Positions 1-15,120 of a stretch of 64,000 bases of DNA are shown here, piece by piece. This stretch comes from Epiperipatus broadwayi (lineage: Eukaryota; Animalia; Onychophora): contig JAQFVV010000003.1 of assembly GCA_028023455.1 (NCBI GenBank), positions 24,676,001 through 24,740,000 of the forward strand. Reading direction: 5' to 3'. Under the pieces are notes generated by a model. The model had not been told where the DNA came from, did not search any database, and saw only the letters and a program-made list of their open reading frames with translations. The number at the start of each line of letters is the position of its first letter. Within the stretch, counting starts at the first letter, position 1. A program made the position numbers and the translations under genes.

Positions 1-150
1 TAACAAGAAAATGATTTTCCAATTGATTAGAAAGTTGAAGACTTGCTCAAATCATTTTTGCTGTGAAACGAACAGGTTCCACTTCTGTTTCATTACCTTT
101 TTCTAAATCTTCTAAGGTATCTAAATTTATTGCCAAACCTTTTTTCAACA
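1..150 (-). mobile_element. Possible Tigger/pogo transposase C-terminal remnant
   Basis: LEDLEKGNETEVEPVRFTAKMI*ASLQLSNQLENHFL resembles the acidic-EP..FT.K-helix C-terminus of pogo-type transposases. In-frame stops are present. Confidence 0.3.
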
Positions 151-1894
151 GGCATTTAAAGTATGTAAAATTTAATGCATGTATATAAAATGGGGAAATG
201 CCGATTTTAAGTGAAATATGAACTTCTTTATTGCATAAAAGAAAACCACATAAAAAGATATTAAGAAGAAACATGAATCGCATAACTTCAAAATCGTATT
301 AAAAAAATCCGCACAAAAAGAGACAGTATTATGGGCTAAACCCATAGACTGTCTGCTCAAAAGACTTCATCTTTTGAGAATCTAACTATAATAACATTGG
401 ATAAACATTATCTCATTGTAACAAATAGTTGTATCAGAGTTAAGTGGTGCAATATACTTTATAAGGATGTTATAAAGAAATTAACAATTACTACTATATA
501 AATGAAGCAGTGTTAAACACTGTAAAATGTTAATTATGAAATATTTCATTAAAAATAAAAACATAATTTTAATGCATGACTAATAAGTTGGAACAAATAT
601 GAAATATATACACAGCAGAACACATCATGGAATTTTTAATGAAATATATAGATTTTGAATTGCATTTTTGTGTGTGTGTGTGTTTATATAAAATGTATAA
701 GTGGATCATAAAATTTTCGATGTACATAATAAACACTGTGTTTTCTGATGGAGCTACAATTTGATGGGCATGCCTTGTGAATAAAATGAAAAGTCTACCA
801 GGTAATTTTTTTTATAAATTCTTTATGTTTTGAGAATTCATGTGTTTATTTAGTATATAAGAAAAATATATTACCAAAATAAAAGGGTCAAGTAAACAAA
901 ATAAAAACAATATATTAATGATAATTTTAGTTTGTTTAAATAAAAGTATGTTTATTTATTTCTTCATTCATATTTAAAAAAAAAAAAAGTTTTCATGTAT
1001 AAATATTTATGGATGATGTTAATGAAAGGTTGTATATTTAATAAACATTTATAACATATTTATATGACATGTAAATTAATAAGTTTATATTTATTTTGAT
1101 AATAAAAATATTAAACAAATTAAACATGCAAATTAAGTTTTGCATAATATATCTTTATGTATTTATTTATCAAAGTTTGTGCTAATATATAACCTATTTT
1201 TTTGGTTTTTTCTAAGCGTATTGTTTACAACTTCAGAAAATAATATAAGTATAATAGATAAATAATAATCAATTTAAGTATAAACTATTTGACAAGGAAT
1301 ATTTTATTTGCTTCTTAATTTTTTATTATTTTTATTATTATTGTTTGTTTATATTAATAAATTTTTATTTTTGTTAATTAAACTGGTTTATCGTGATCAT
1401 TAGTAATTAAATTATTACATTTATTTATTGTTTATTCACATCTTTATATACAGTGTAACTGGTAATTAATTCTGTAAAGGAAGTTTAAATATTTATTACC
1501 TATTTAAAAACATGGTTTAAGTTCAAATAAAATTCCTTCATAATTTAAATTATATTTTAATAATCTAAAAGATTTAGTTGTTTATATTTCATTTCACATT
1601 AATTTAAATATTGAGAGTTTATTTTTAATATTCATGTGTTATTATATTTGCTAACCTTAACATTAAATAAGCATATTTAATGTTGAATGTGTTATGTAAT
1701 TTTAAGGAATATTGATTTTCATTTACATGCTCCCTTTTTGGCATTGTTCCTTCACCAAAATACATCAATATAACATTACCAGGCTGTTACATTTTCTTTC
1801 ATATATTAACAATCAAACAATACACAGATGATGGTTTTAAATTAAATTATTTTATTTGCCATTACATTTTCTTTCATATATTAACAATCAGACT

Positions 1895-2490
1895 ATGAGG
1901 CTTTCGCGACACAACTCTCAAATGGTTTGTGAGCTCATCCCTGCTCCAGTAGTAGATCACCCATAACCCTTTCACAAGGTCTATTTTGCATCCGTCGAAT
2001 CAGGTGCTATTGCAAACAACATCATCGACGGCACAAGGTCGATTTGCATTCCATTTTGTATGTCCTGCATTTCCTTATAACCATCTTCGTGACTTTTGCA
2101 TGATGTCTGCCGAATCGTGCTTTTGTGCCCATATCTACATTTGTGGCATTGGGAGGTTGGGTAGAGTGTCACAGTTTGTAGGACGTCCTAGTACTTCCTG
2201 TAGGTTTAGCAAGAATTATTTCAGTCTGCATATTGGTGTTTTCGTCATTATGACTATTCACACCATAACATGATACGGTAGTGATCTGTTAATTGTTACC
2301 AACAAACACGTACCAGCCTGAACTGATATGGTAGGCAAAGTGTGAATTGTGAGAGCAATTGATTGCAAAACATACCACAAAAGAATCAATTACTGATAGT
2401 AATTGAGAAGTTGGACCTGCTAAATGGTATTTGTACCTGCTTTTGACTAGCAACAACGCCATCAAGTGGGTGGATGGTCAATGTATCAGT
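1895..2490 (-). mobile_element. Probable retroelement gag/ORF1 remnant with decayed CCHC zinc knuckles
   Basis: GC-richer island. Frameshifted QCHKCRYGHKARF...C...H..YKEC pattern on -. Confidence 0.4.
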
Positions 2491-3727
2491 ACCATATATT
2501 TTTACAAAAACTTGCTTAAGCAAAACGTTGTGGAACTGTAATTAGTTTCTTTATTGTAAAGTTATTGATTTTAAATTTCTTTTTAATTATGTTTACTTTT
2601 AAATGCTTTTATTTAACTTAATTCTGTCAAATGAATTTCAAATTTTGTACATGTGTTAAAAATGGATGACAATGCAATATGAAAATTAAATATTTCAAAG
2701 TAGTTAAGTGGATTATATAATCTAAGGATAGTGGCAGATTTTGATCTTGTTGATATTGATTCAGTAAATTTTCAATGATGCACACGAGAAGGTGGAATAT
2801 TTTTTTAAATACTTATTTTTAAAAAAGGTTACATTAAAAAAATGACAATGTTCAGTTAAAATAGAAATAAAATATTAATATATTTCAATTGATTGTAAAA
2901 GTTGCTTTTTTTAAAATGGATGTAATTTTACTTTCTCTTAATTATAAAATTAAAAAAAAAAAACACATTTTTTTATAAACAACATAATAATGGAATTAAT
3001 TTTTTATGTGTCACAAATCTTCACAGACTGCAACAAAGTTCTTATTCTTTGTTTTAAATAGGAATAATTACAAAAAATATCTGAATGCTAAAAAATTAAT
3101 AGTAATATATATAAAAATATTTTAAAATAAATGTTATATTTAACTAGAAATAAAAGCTTGGGATATCTAAAAATTAATTAATTCAGTCATTCATTTTTAC
3201 AACAAGTGATTGAATTAATTTTAAGTTAAATATGAAAACCCCAATTGTGATAGAAGAAAACAATTATTTTTGGAGTTTTTAGTGCACAGTGAATAAAAGT
3301 GTTTAGTATAAAATAGTTTTTATATATAAAACCATCAAAACAATGTTTTCAATCCAAACTCATTTGTGTGATTACCATTTCATATGCTTACACAGGCTAT
3401 TAATAACAGGAGCAAACTCTCCATAAAGTAGTGCATCCATTGATAACTAAGGCTTGCACTTAGAGCATTAGAGCACTATTGTATGGAGAGTTTGCTACTT
3501 TTTATATATATTATTTTTACTTGTGTTTGTAAAATAAAATTATGGTAAAGAAATTTTAAATTTATTTTATTTGTTGATATATGTACATTTATATGTGGCT
3601 AAAGTCTTGTTTCATTTAAAGATCCAGTCCCCATTCTGTTGTTACTATGACGGGCTGCTAGATATATATATAATAAACACATGTATACATTATTAAATTT
3701 ATCAATATTTTAAGTTTTTTATTATAG

Positions 3728-3880
3728 GAAATTCCTAACACATCCGGATTAGAACCAATTCCCCAGGATCTTCTTAAAAAGTATATTATATATGCCAAAA
3801 ATAAAGTAAGTCCTAAGTTGCATCATATGGATCAAGATAAAGTGGCAAAAATGTACTCTGATTTACGTCGGGAATCAATG
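3728..3880 (+). CDS. MCM2: MCM2 exon (internal; upstream exons lie outside the window)
   Basis: AG at 3726-3727 and GT at 3881. Phase 0/0, 51 codons: [51 protein letters not shown], matching the MCM2 AAA-lid region (KKYIIYAK...[17 protein letters not shown]). Confidence 0.96.
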
Positions 3881-3954
3881 GTAAATTGAAATAACTATTT
3901 TCTATTTTTGTTTATGTATGGATTATTATTTATTTAAGATTTTGTTTATTAAAG

Positions 3955-4137
3955 GCTACTGGTAGTGTGCCTGTAACTGTCCGACATATTGAATCTATGA
4001 TTCGCTTGGCTGAAGCTCATGCCCGAATGCATTTACGAGAATATGTTCATGAAGATGATGTTAACATGGCTATTAGAGTAATGTTGGAAAGTTTTATTGA
4101 CACTCAGAAGTACAGCGTTATGAGAGGAATGAGAAAG
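3955..4137 (+). CDS. MCM2: MCM2 exon
   Basis: Follows a 74-nt GT-AG intron. 61 codons: [61 protein letters not shown], containing the MCM sensor-2 motif (T.R.IESMIR.AEAHAR). GT at 4138. Confidence 0.97.
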
Positions 4138-7100
4138 GTAATGACAAAGTAATTGTTATATATTCCTACTATGTTTTTATCTAAGATTTGAATTCATATG
4201 AAACTTAGAATTTTTTTAAACTTCCAAGCAAACTTAGGTTTCTTTTTCCGACAACTGGTCTATAGCTAATTTAAGTAACTACCCAATTTCTGATTAATAA
4301 ATTGATCAGTTAATTTTTATCATAATTTTTTCATTTATCACAGCCGACTTTATCTTAAATTTTTTAGTTGTATGATGATTTATTTTGGAGTTAGAGTCTT
4401 AAAATTTTCAAAAACTTATGAATTTTGTTCTGTACAGAATTTTTTTTTTCTGAATTAGGAGCAAGCTAGAAAATTAAAATAAAAAGTATTTTGTTCAGGT
4501 TTTAATGAGTTTTTTTTCTAACTAGGTGTAAAGAAATAAATCTATTTCTCAAAAAAAAAGATGTGAATTTTTAATGGGGGGGGGGGGGGTCTATGCAGTC
4601 CTCATTATCATTTTTTTACATTCATACAACATTTCAAGATGGAATCTCAATGGGATATTATATTTTTCGTTTTTTTATTTTTATTATTGATTTAGAAAAC
4701 ATAGTAAAGTGCTGTGTACAAACCTAATAACAAAATACATTACAGAAACTAAATCTTCAAAATTATTGAATAGAATCGAAATTTATAACTTCTAAAACTT
4801 TTCAAATTTATCTGAAGATGTTGTCACATCATAATAAGAATGATTTTTTTTTGTTAATTTTGTATGGGGATCTTGCATTGTAACAGTTATTTTCTTTTTC
4901 AATGAATTAAATATTACCTTTGTGTGTCTGTGATCTATTCTGATAAAAACTTGCTGTATTGATGTGTTGCATGAATAAAACAATTTCCAGGACATAGATG
5001 ATGCATAAATAGTAGTGTTTTCTCTTAACTATCATAGCTAACCATCATAATTGATTATATTCCTAAGTAATAAATTCAAATGTTTATCAGCCGCCTTTCA
5101 CTAGTACACTCAGTTTCATTTTTATTTATCAAATTATTAAAATTATTTAGGACATCATTTGTATAAATTGAAGGTAATCAAGATTTGATCTGATTAGAGT
5201 TTTTAGAGACTTGCTTTGGTTGTCTGTCATTTGACTACTCCTCCTAAAATATTTTTTGAAGAAATGTATTGCAACATCCCTAAATGAAGATGGCAATTTT
5301 TTTTTAAAAATTGTTTGCTATGTCTTAATTAATTGTTATTGCACTTATTTATGGCTTATGACCCACTTTTTATTTATTTATTTAATGCATGTTTTAAATG
5401 AAAATATTTGCATTTAAGTGGAGGGCAAAAGTCATTGTGAAACCAACCCTGTAGGTGTCGTGGTTGATCTGAGAGATATAAATAAGCTCTTAAACATTGT
5501 TACTTACATATAGTTGTGCTTTTGTATGTGGTTAATGTTAAATCATAATATTTAAGCTATCAGTTTCATTATGTATTTCATAAGCATGTATGATATTCAA
5601 TAATAATTTGTATCTGAGTGATACTGTGAACTCTGAGATCAGTGCTTGTGTAATTGTGAAAATGATTTCTAGATAATAACGGAAAATAAATAAAAAATCA
5701 TATATTTTATTATATAAATATAATAAAAGCTAATGTGCATTAATAATATCTAGATTGTAACTGAAAATAAATAAAAAAAATTATGTACTTTATTATATAA
5801 ATATAATAAAAAGAATTGCATTGTTTTTAATATTTTTACATTTCAACATTTATTAATACTGAATTTATCTCTCATATATATATGGTGACTATTAATGCAA
5901 TTTTTTGATTGCAACTTTTATATTTTCATATCTTTTTGTTTGATAATGTCTAGATTGTAATTGAAAATTAATAAAAAATATTATATAATTATATTGAAAG
6001 CTAATCTTATTTTTGCATTTCAGCATGTACTAATAATGAATGTATCTTTCAAATATATGCAACTTCTATCTCTATTCAGTTTTATGTCTTGATTTTTTTC
6101 TGCTGTCTGCAGTAAATCAAGGATACATTCAGAGTTTTAAAAAAAAGCAAGCAAGATTTTGGTAGGGGTTAAACTTTTGCATTAATATTTTAATGACAAA
6201 ATTGAATCATGCTTATTATATAATATTATGAAACTTTATTTTATGTATGAGAAAGCTTTGAGTAAAAACAGTAGTTTAGAAGCTTTTTCAGTTTTCAGTC
6301 TGTTTTGAATCTTCAAATGTATTAAAGTAAAAAAGAAGAATGAGCGTTCCAAAGTTATAAGTCTTCGATGTAATTTTAATTATTCAACAAAACCTTTTTT
6401 CCCGTTTATTATTCCTATTAAATTTGAATATATGTAGAATATATATAATAAAACATACAGGATATCTTCAAAGATAAATGAAATTGAAAATAAGTTAATG
6501 CTAAGCAATAATCTTTTTTATTACATATATTGTAATTAAATCTGAATAAACAGTAATACAAAATGGAACTGTAAGAGAAATATACACAAACACAAAGTTA
6601 GGCATTACCACTGGCATTAAATATTGTGAATACAAATACTAGTTTAGAAACCTTACCAGTTCCCAATCTATTTTGAAGCTTCAAATAAATTTAAAAAAAG
6701 ATAAAAGATGCTTGAGCAAAGTTGCATTATTGTTAACTTTTTTAATTGAATTTTTTTGTTTTTTTTTAATATTTATAAGCGGACCCTTGCAATATCACAG
6801 ATTCATTGAAAAATGGTTCCTAGAATGGAAGATCTTGTGACTCTAACTTCATTATTAATGATAGTTGAAAACTTCACTCATACTTTGAATTTATAAAACG
6901 AAATCCTTTGTAGTCTTTATTTAGTGATTTCCTTTGGATTACACATATAAGCAAGAAAATTAATTGGAGTTAAAGCTTTGTCAAATCCGCTTATACATTT
7001 TTTTATTAGTATTCTCATCATGTATCTCAGCTCCATATATGTTTTCAGAGATGCACAAAATGAGCAATGGAACAATACAATGTAAAGTATGTTTTTAATA

Positions 7101-9498
7101 TTCTTAAGTATAACAGCAACTTTTATTACAATTATCTTTACAAATTTTTAGAAATATAGGAGTCAGCATTTAATAACAGTATTCAAACTATCCATTGAAT
7201 AATTTCAACAGGTTTTAGCTGACATTATAAATTTTGGAGCTTTTTATTATCAAGAGGGAAGGAGCATTTGCAAAATGATAATTTCAAAAATATTTGGCAT
7301 CATTGATAACATATATTTTTTTCCCAGTCTGTAAACTATGACATTATCTAAGAGACTCAAATGATATGCTGAATTGCTATAGATTGTCACATTTATTTCT
7401 GTGATTTTCTAACAAATCATACATATATGAAATGTTAGGTGCATTAACTGTTACAATTCAACACACAAATACTTCAACTTTTTTGTTATGCCTTTAGATG
7501 CCATCTCTGTTAGATATTCCTGATGTGTCCACAATATCTACCAAATACCTGTTTTTACTGTAGTATATGCTGTTGTTTTATTATGGAAATGATTATCTAT
7601 CAATTTCTACACAAAAATTACTTTTTAATATTGAAGAGCACTTGTATTTTCCTTCCTTGTAAACAATATTCATAAGAATCCCTCCCTTTTTATTTTATTT
7701 GAGGGATTGTTTCACACTGTGAAATGCAGTTTTGTTAGCATACACAAGTTGAGCGACTTGAAAACCTAATGAATTTTTCTGTTTAGATGTAGTTTTTACA
7801 ACAAACAAATCCAATGAAGATGAAATCTCTTTTTTTTTTATTCTTTGATAATATTTCAGTGCTTAATGGTTTGCAGTTTCTAAGTGAAACTATCTGGAAA
7901 TAAAAAAAATGTCCATAATATAGGCTTTTATATTTATATCTTCTAGAATATATTAAAGGACATTATACAAAATATATTTTTATTTTTTTTTTATTTTATT
8001 AACCTATGTAAAATAATGAAAAAAGTTAGATTATTTGGATTTGACTAGAAGATTGAAATAATATTTATTTAAGGCCTAGTGAAATTCTCATCATATATAT
8101 ATACAGTAATTTTCAAAATGGAATTAATCTTTACAAACTGTCATAATTATTTTAAACAAATATCTATTGGTTTCTTAAAACAATATTAGGCATTTTATTC
8201 AGTATATCCATTTATTCATGTGATATATGCAGCATGCACTATATTGTAACACAGAATTGAGGGTAATCTTCACATTGACTTCATATTTCAAGATAATAAA
8301 CTATAAAGAAAGGATATTTGTATATTGTACTAATTTATCATTGCTTAGTGATTGTTTTGTTATATGAAAAGCAAAATCAATGTCAAAAAGATTCACACTG
8401 AAGTATATAAAAATTTTCTGCAAATTTTACATTTGAGATTAGTAAAAAATTTTGGAAAAATTCTCCTTAGGCATTGAGAACAGTAGGCTATTGTATATCC
8501 ATATCAAGAAGGAGGCTCTGAACAAAAAATAAAAGACACAAAAGATGTTAAGATTTGCAAAATTATATATGTTGGCCTATATATTATTTTAATATTTTTT
8601 TTAGTTTATATTTTATGATGAAAGAAAATTTAAATTAATTGAGCTAAATTCCTGAAGTAATTAAAAGAATATATAAGTCAATTTATACTTTTTTTCAAGT
8701 CTTAATTCTTTATTGTATTTGTTATTTTTATATGACATCTTTCTGAATTTGCATCTGTGAGTTTCCTTTTCCCAATGTCCTGAGGATAGTTATACTCCTA
8801 GAGATTTGTAAATCTTGGACGCAAAATTTGCGGTAAATTTTTATGTATTTTGGTATCAATTTCATTGTGTTTGAAAAATTAACTTGCTTTCATTTTTTTT
8901 CAAATCTCTATTTCCTTTTTTTCATATTCTTACAATTAAATTTATCTACAAGCTTCTGGATATGATTGTATATTGTGAATTTTTTACCGTAAAGATTTTC
9001 CTTGATGTGAAAATTTCACTATTAAATTGTGTTTTCCAATTAACATCATTTTTTTTAATACCAATTTTATTTTTGATATAAACAAAATAATTACTGAGCA
9101 ATGATAAGTTAATATATAATATACAAGTATCAATATTAAAGGTTAACATGAAATGTTCCAATTTTATTGAAGCTGTAGATATCAAATGAATGGTTATGTT
9201 AAATATATCAAATGTTGTTTTTAATAATAAATGAAATCAGTAGAAAATTGTTGCAGTAATAAATGTATTTTGTAAGCAAGCTCTTTTCTTTTGAGTAATT
9301 AAAACAACTTGTAAAGCTTAATTGCATCTGTATTTAATTTTGAAAACCACTGTGCATAAAAAGTTTTTCTAAATATTTTTAAAGTATCTTTCTGTTAAAA
9401 GTTAAATAGATAGCTTAATATAAATAAAGAAAAAGCAAAATGGGGTGTGTGTGTGTTAATATTAAAATAAATCAAAGTTATTATTTTTATCATCAGTA

Positions 9499-9772
9499 CA
9501 GGCAGTCCTCTATGAAGGGCTGTAGAAAAAGACAGCATGTTATGGAACTTTTTATCAAGAGAAGAAAGAGATGAATACAATTTAACTATCTCTTGATAAA
9601 TTTATAAAGAAAACACCAGATATTAGTCAATAAAGTGTTATTTATATGTATGCTAATACATCTCAATAAAAAATAAATATTTTAAAAACACATTGATATA
9701 TATATATATATTTACAATGTTCTACTTTCATATGTGTTTCAGGAACCAATTATAAAAGTTGAGGACCACCTG
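9499..9772. mobile_element. Tigger/pogo-like MITE (274 bp)
   Basis: TA|CAGGCAGTCCTC ... GAGGACCACCTG|TA: short TIRs with a TA duplication on both sides. Confidence 0.75.
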
Positions 9773-11661
9773 TATTTACTTATTTGCATTTTTCTAAATG
9801 ACTCTTTATTCTGTATATTATGCATGCACCTGGCTGCACATCCTTTTTGCTTTGTTTTTTTATTTCATTAAGAGAGCAATTCTAAATTTATTTTCCTTCC
9901 ACTTATCCCATTGCATTGATTGAACTCATTCAAATGAAAATAAGCAACAAGGATATAGAATAATACCAGGGGAATTCTCTTACAATAGAAAAATTGTGAA
10001 TTCTGTACTTAGAGAATTAGTTTGATATGCTTGTAGCTTAAGGCTATATCATATAAAACCAAATTGGAAAATTAGCTATCAAATTAAAATGTAGTTCAGA
10101 TATTATGATCACCAGCTTAATTAATTTTTTTTTATCTAAAATAAAATGCTCTTATAAACAAGTTGTTTTTGTTGAACTTAATTTAATTGAAGAATTAATT
10201 TTTGAATAGCATTTCTTACTTTATAAAATGAAGTGATTAAAGAGAAGCTATTGACTCTTAGTACTAATTGAACAATGTGTAATTGCCAATTATCTGTTAA
10301 AGTTAAATTAGTTGAATTTAGTCCTTGTTGTTCCAGAAATAGGATTGAAAATAGCAATAGTAATGAGACCTTCTAACATGGGAAAAATCAAGTTTTTTTT
10401 TTAAAAAAAGATCATGTTATTTAAACTAGTTAATTTTGGATTGATCAAGTAAAACTTTTTTATTTTTTTAATGAGGCATTAAGATAAGGAATAAAATCTT
10501 TAAACAATTGCTTCTTAGCTTTATTATTAAAAGCTCCAAAATTTGAAAGAGAATTACTTCTTAACTGATTTTCAGATTATGTTTAATTTTTTAAGGACTA
10601 AATATTTTTTAAAAATTCTAGACGCACCTCTCATTGCTTATTAAATATTCTTAAATAATACAAATTGTTATTGAACTTCAAATTTACATTTGTGTAGATT
10701 TATCTCATTACAGTAGATGTTGATGTAAAATGATGTATTTGTTTAACATTTGTAACAAAATGGCTTATACTATGATTTTGCTTGTCTAATAATAAAACAA
10801 GTTCCTAGAAATTATATTTTCCATTTCATAAATTGCATTGTACTCTGGAGTCACTTATTGGAAATTAGAATAATCAATGGACATTAAATGGTAGTCATTA
10901 TATCCATATCACAAATACAAATCAAGATTGAAATTAATACATTTAGCAGCCAATTTACTTCCTTTATGTTATCAAGTTAATGCATACAAAAGTGCATTAA
11001 TTCCAACTTTGATTCTTAAGTGCCCACTGATGAAAATCAAATGAAAAACCAGAGAGAATGTGTGGATATAAAAGCTCTACTGTCTAGTGTCCAATGATTA
11101 CTACAGGGTGTAAAGAATTTTGAAAGCATATGGTAAAAATAAGCTGAGAAAATCATGATGTTTTCCTGATTATTAGTAATAAGTGTAGATACTAACATAT
11201 CTTTTATCCCATTTGTACTATGTATAATATGGCAGCAATAAAATAACTTTTTTTTTTAAAGTAAAAGAATAAGATATTTATAAAACTTGAAGCTCTCTGT
11301 ACAGTTTAGTGTAGTATTGATAATGCTACATTTTGTAACCAAGAATGTTGCTTAATTTCTCGACTGATTGTATGATTATTATTTTGTTATATTAGAAGTT
11401 ACTGTTTATGTCATACATTGCTTGTTATTTAAATAATTTAAATTAACCTTTACTTTGCGTGTGGATCAGAATCCGATTCCAGTATTTGCCAGAAATCTGG
11501 ATTTTTTAATTTATTCGGGTATTTACAGCAATAAGAATTGTCACTTTTTATCTTACCAAATTGTTACAAATAAGTATAAATAAAAATTAGTATAGTAATT
11601 ATGAATTTTTTTAAATTTACAAATAAATATAAACACGTTTTTTTTTTGGTTTTTTTTTTAG

Positions 11662-11817
11662 AACTTTTCACGTTACTTATCATTTAAACGTGATAATAAT
11701 GAATTACTTCTGTTCATTTTGAAACAATTAGTCCAAGAGCAAAGAGCATTTCTTCGCAGTCGTTATGGTTCAGAACAGGAACAGGTGGAAATTTCTGAAA
11801 AAGATTTAGTAGATAAG
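11662..11817 (+). CDS. MCM2: MCM2 exon
   Basis: Polypyrimidine tract plus TAG (11659-11661), GT at 11818. 52 codons: [52 protein letters not shown], matching the MCM2 C-terminal domain. Confidence 0.96.
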
Positions 11818-13505
11818 GTAAATATCTTCAATTGTTTATTTCATAAGTTTAAGTTGTTGATTCTATCATTCCGCTTTCAACAAGTTTTTTTATTATTTAT
11901 TTAAATTAAATTATAAAACATTAAAACAGAAACCTTTTCAAATATAGTTGTGAGAATTTCATTTTTGTAGTTCAGTTGGCCATGTAATTTATCATTAGCA
12001 AATGAATTTAATATGAAAGAATTAGGACAAAACTAAGAGGAAAGCAATTATAAAAAAATAAGGTTTGGAAATGAATATCAGCTTTATGGTATGAAGTGTT
12101 CTGTATTTGCAGCTCTACCACAGATTAGTCATTGATCTTGCATAAGTGAGAATTTGAATATCTAATGAAATAATTTTACCAATTGAATGAAGCTGGTTTA
12201 TTACCAAAAATATAGTGTAGAAAAAAATGGTGAAAAGTAAAATAGAAAGATAAATGATATCAAAATGATAAATGTTTAGAATCAATTTTAATGACAATTA
12301 TTAATAAAAAAAACTATAGCAATAAGTATGAGACTATGTTTGATTTAAAATACTATAGAACAATATGATGATTTTATTGATTAATATATATATATATTGC
12401 TAATTTTATCTTATTTAGCTAGTTAATACAGATAATATTTTGCTTATTTATAGTTTATCATATTATTATGGAACAGTTAAATTAAGTTTGTCAGAAAATT
12501 TAAAGAAAAATAAATTAGAATAAATATTGATCTAATACATTGAAGCAACAAAATGCACTTTGTTTTCAATGTATATTACTTCAATTATATGTTCTCCCCC
12601 CCCCCCCCCCAAATATAAATAAACAAAAAATAACATTAATATTTGTAAATTTAATAAGTTTTACGATATCATTTTTTATCTCAATACATTATATATGTGA
12701 TTATGTTTATTAATAATGCTTCTTCAATTTATGTTGAAAGTTTCATTTTATTATCCTTTCTGAATTTGATTTACAATATTTTGTGTGAGAAAATTTTTTC
12801 TAAAAAATAATGCTAAAAGTTTTATGAAATTTAAGAACATTATGTAATGTCAATATGAACTTAAAAATATTAAACTCGAGAAGTTGTAGTCTCTGGTAAT
12901 AATGATACTACTATTATGTTTCTACAGATAAAAAAGTTATTGAAGAAAAAGAATATTATCCAGAGCAGCATATTTAATTGCAATGAAAGTTGGAATTTCA
13001 CTATTCATTTTATTTGTTGTTGTTTTTTATTATTTTAATTTTTTGAATATATGTAAATATACCCTCCTTAATTTATTATTAAATAACTACATTATCATTA
13101 TTTTTTAATTTTGTATATATTATAATCTTAATTTCTGTATGCAGATAAAAAGATGTCATAAATATATGTGCATGATGAAAAGTATAATAAACTTGAAATT
13201 TAATAAACACTATATATTCTGTTATAATCAAAGCTTATTAACAAAATGAATTATTATATGTAATATACTTGAGATGGGGGGCTTGAAACAAAATATAACG
13301 AATATTGTGGCTTCACTGTATGTCCGGTTGGTTAGCGATAAACATGATCTTTTTCAATTGCAAATTATAAAAAATATTGTACACGGCTGCATATTATATA
13401 ACTTTTATTTCTATTTAATTTTTCTAATCTTATTCTGCAATACTTATTTATCCTCTTAGTACTGTATTTAAAAACTTGTTCTTGATTTTTTTATAGTTGT
13501 ATTAT

Positions 13506-14079
13506 AATCTATTATTATAAAGCAGTGAAAATTTTTGTAATTATTAAAGAAGAAGGCAATCTCCGATAATGCACTATTTCTTGAATATTTTAAATCTCCA
13601 CGCACTTGTCCACCAGTAAGAGTCTTAAAAACTTAAGTGAATCACTTAAGTTTAGAGCACATTTGTATATACACCAACTCCCATTGACCAGGTTTATATC
13701 AAGGCTTGAGTCTTTTGTGTGCCTGATGTTATAAAATATTCTAGAAATAGCGCATTATCGGAGGTTGATATCCACTTTAATAATTACAAAATTTTTCAGT
13801 GCTTTATAATAATAGATTTACATTTATAAGTTGTATAAGTTTTATCGTAGATGGTTAAAAATGATACAGTCTTGCTTCTGTGATAGGTTAAATAAATTTA
13901 TACAATTCAATATTTGATTATAACATCAGGCACACAATAGATTCGAGCCGTGATATAAGCATGGTCAGTGGGAATTGGTGTATATACAAATGCGCTCTAA
14001 ACTGCGAGCAAGTGTGCGGAGATTTAAAATATTCAAGAAATAGTGCATTATCGGAGGTTGACTTTCTCTGTAATAATTA
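13506..14079. mobile_element. Palindromic element (13506-13818) plus an inverted partial copy (13919-14079), with hammerhead-like arms
   Basis: About 45-bp terminal inverted repeat and three copies of GAAATAG(T/C)GCATTATCGGAG. The right arm has CTGATGT-TATAA(AATA)TTCTA-GAAA at 13723-13747. Confidence 0.7.
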
Positions 14080-14514
14080 AGTATTATAAATACATTGCCT
14101 GATTGGCTATTATCACTGATATATCATACAATATTTATCCAAAGTAATTTATAATTTTGTCTTTGTAATTTACGAAACGACTTCACCAAACACATAAACA
14201 GGACATTTGAGAATTATTTTTCTATTGCATTATACTATAACTTTGAATTGATATTACAGATAAATTTTCACACATATTGACAAAGCATTTGAGAACTTCT
14301 TACATTGTCTTGAATAATGCTGTGATTTTGAAAATTCTTCTGCATTTTCAATTTTAACACAAGGTGTTATAACTCACAGTGGTTACACTGTCATTTTGTA
14401 ATATAATGGCTGTAGTAGTATATTTTATTGCTTCTAAGAAAAGTATTAATTTAGTATATAATTAAAGTTCCAAATATGATTTTTTATTTGAAATGTGCAT
14501 ATAAAAAAATGATA

Positions 14515-15120
14515 TAACCATAGATAGCAAAAAATGGTGAAATAAAATTACTTTTGTATATGTGGTTCCCAAATGGATGAATTGATTGCTTTCTTTGAGT
14601 AAAATTACAATCAATTATTATAATGAAATACATGTGATTTTATTTACAATATGTATTATAATATTTGTAAAAAAAAAAAAAAAAGAGAGAAAAAAATATA
14701 TAACTATAAATTGAAACACAATTGAAGAAATAAAATTATTTTTGTTTATACTGCTCCTAATTGGGATGAGTTGATTGCTTTCTTTTAGTAAATTACAATC
14801 AATTATTATAATAAAATAAATTTGATTTTATTTATTATAAGTATTACTAGCAAAAGATAATTTGTATATAAAGTAAGTAAAAAAACAGACAAACCATATA
14901 TTGCAAAAAATGGAGAAATAAAATTACTTTCCATTATTATGCTCATAATTTCTTTTAAGAAAAGAGTGATCATTTATTATAGTGAAGTAAATGTGTTTTT
15001 AAGCATTATCTACAAAAAATATCAATATTTATATAAAAAAATTGGAAAAAAACCTTCAAAATTATAAATCTCAAAAAAAAAACAAAAAGAGAAATAAAAT
15101 TATTTAAGTTTAGACTACAG
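14515..15120. repeat. Degenerate tandem repeat (about 190-nt unit, 3-4 copies)
   Basis: Recurring GAAATAAAATTA, TTGATTGCTTTCTT and ACAATCAATTATTATA blocks. Confidence 0.6.

Noticed and set aside
47-360. ORFs 47-283 and 172-360 as a nested gene
   Set aside because: The frame has several stops on both sides and there is no splice support; better explained as a decayed transposase remnant.
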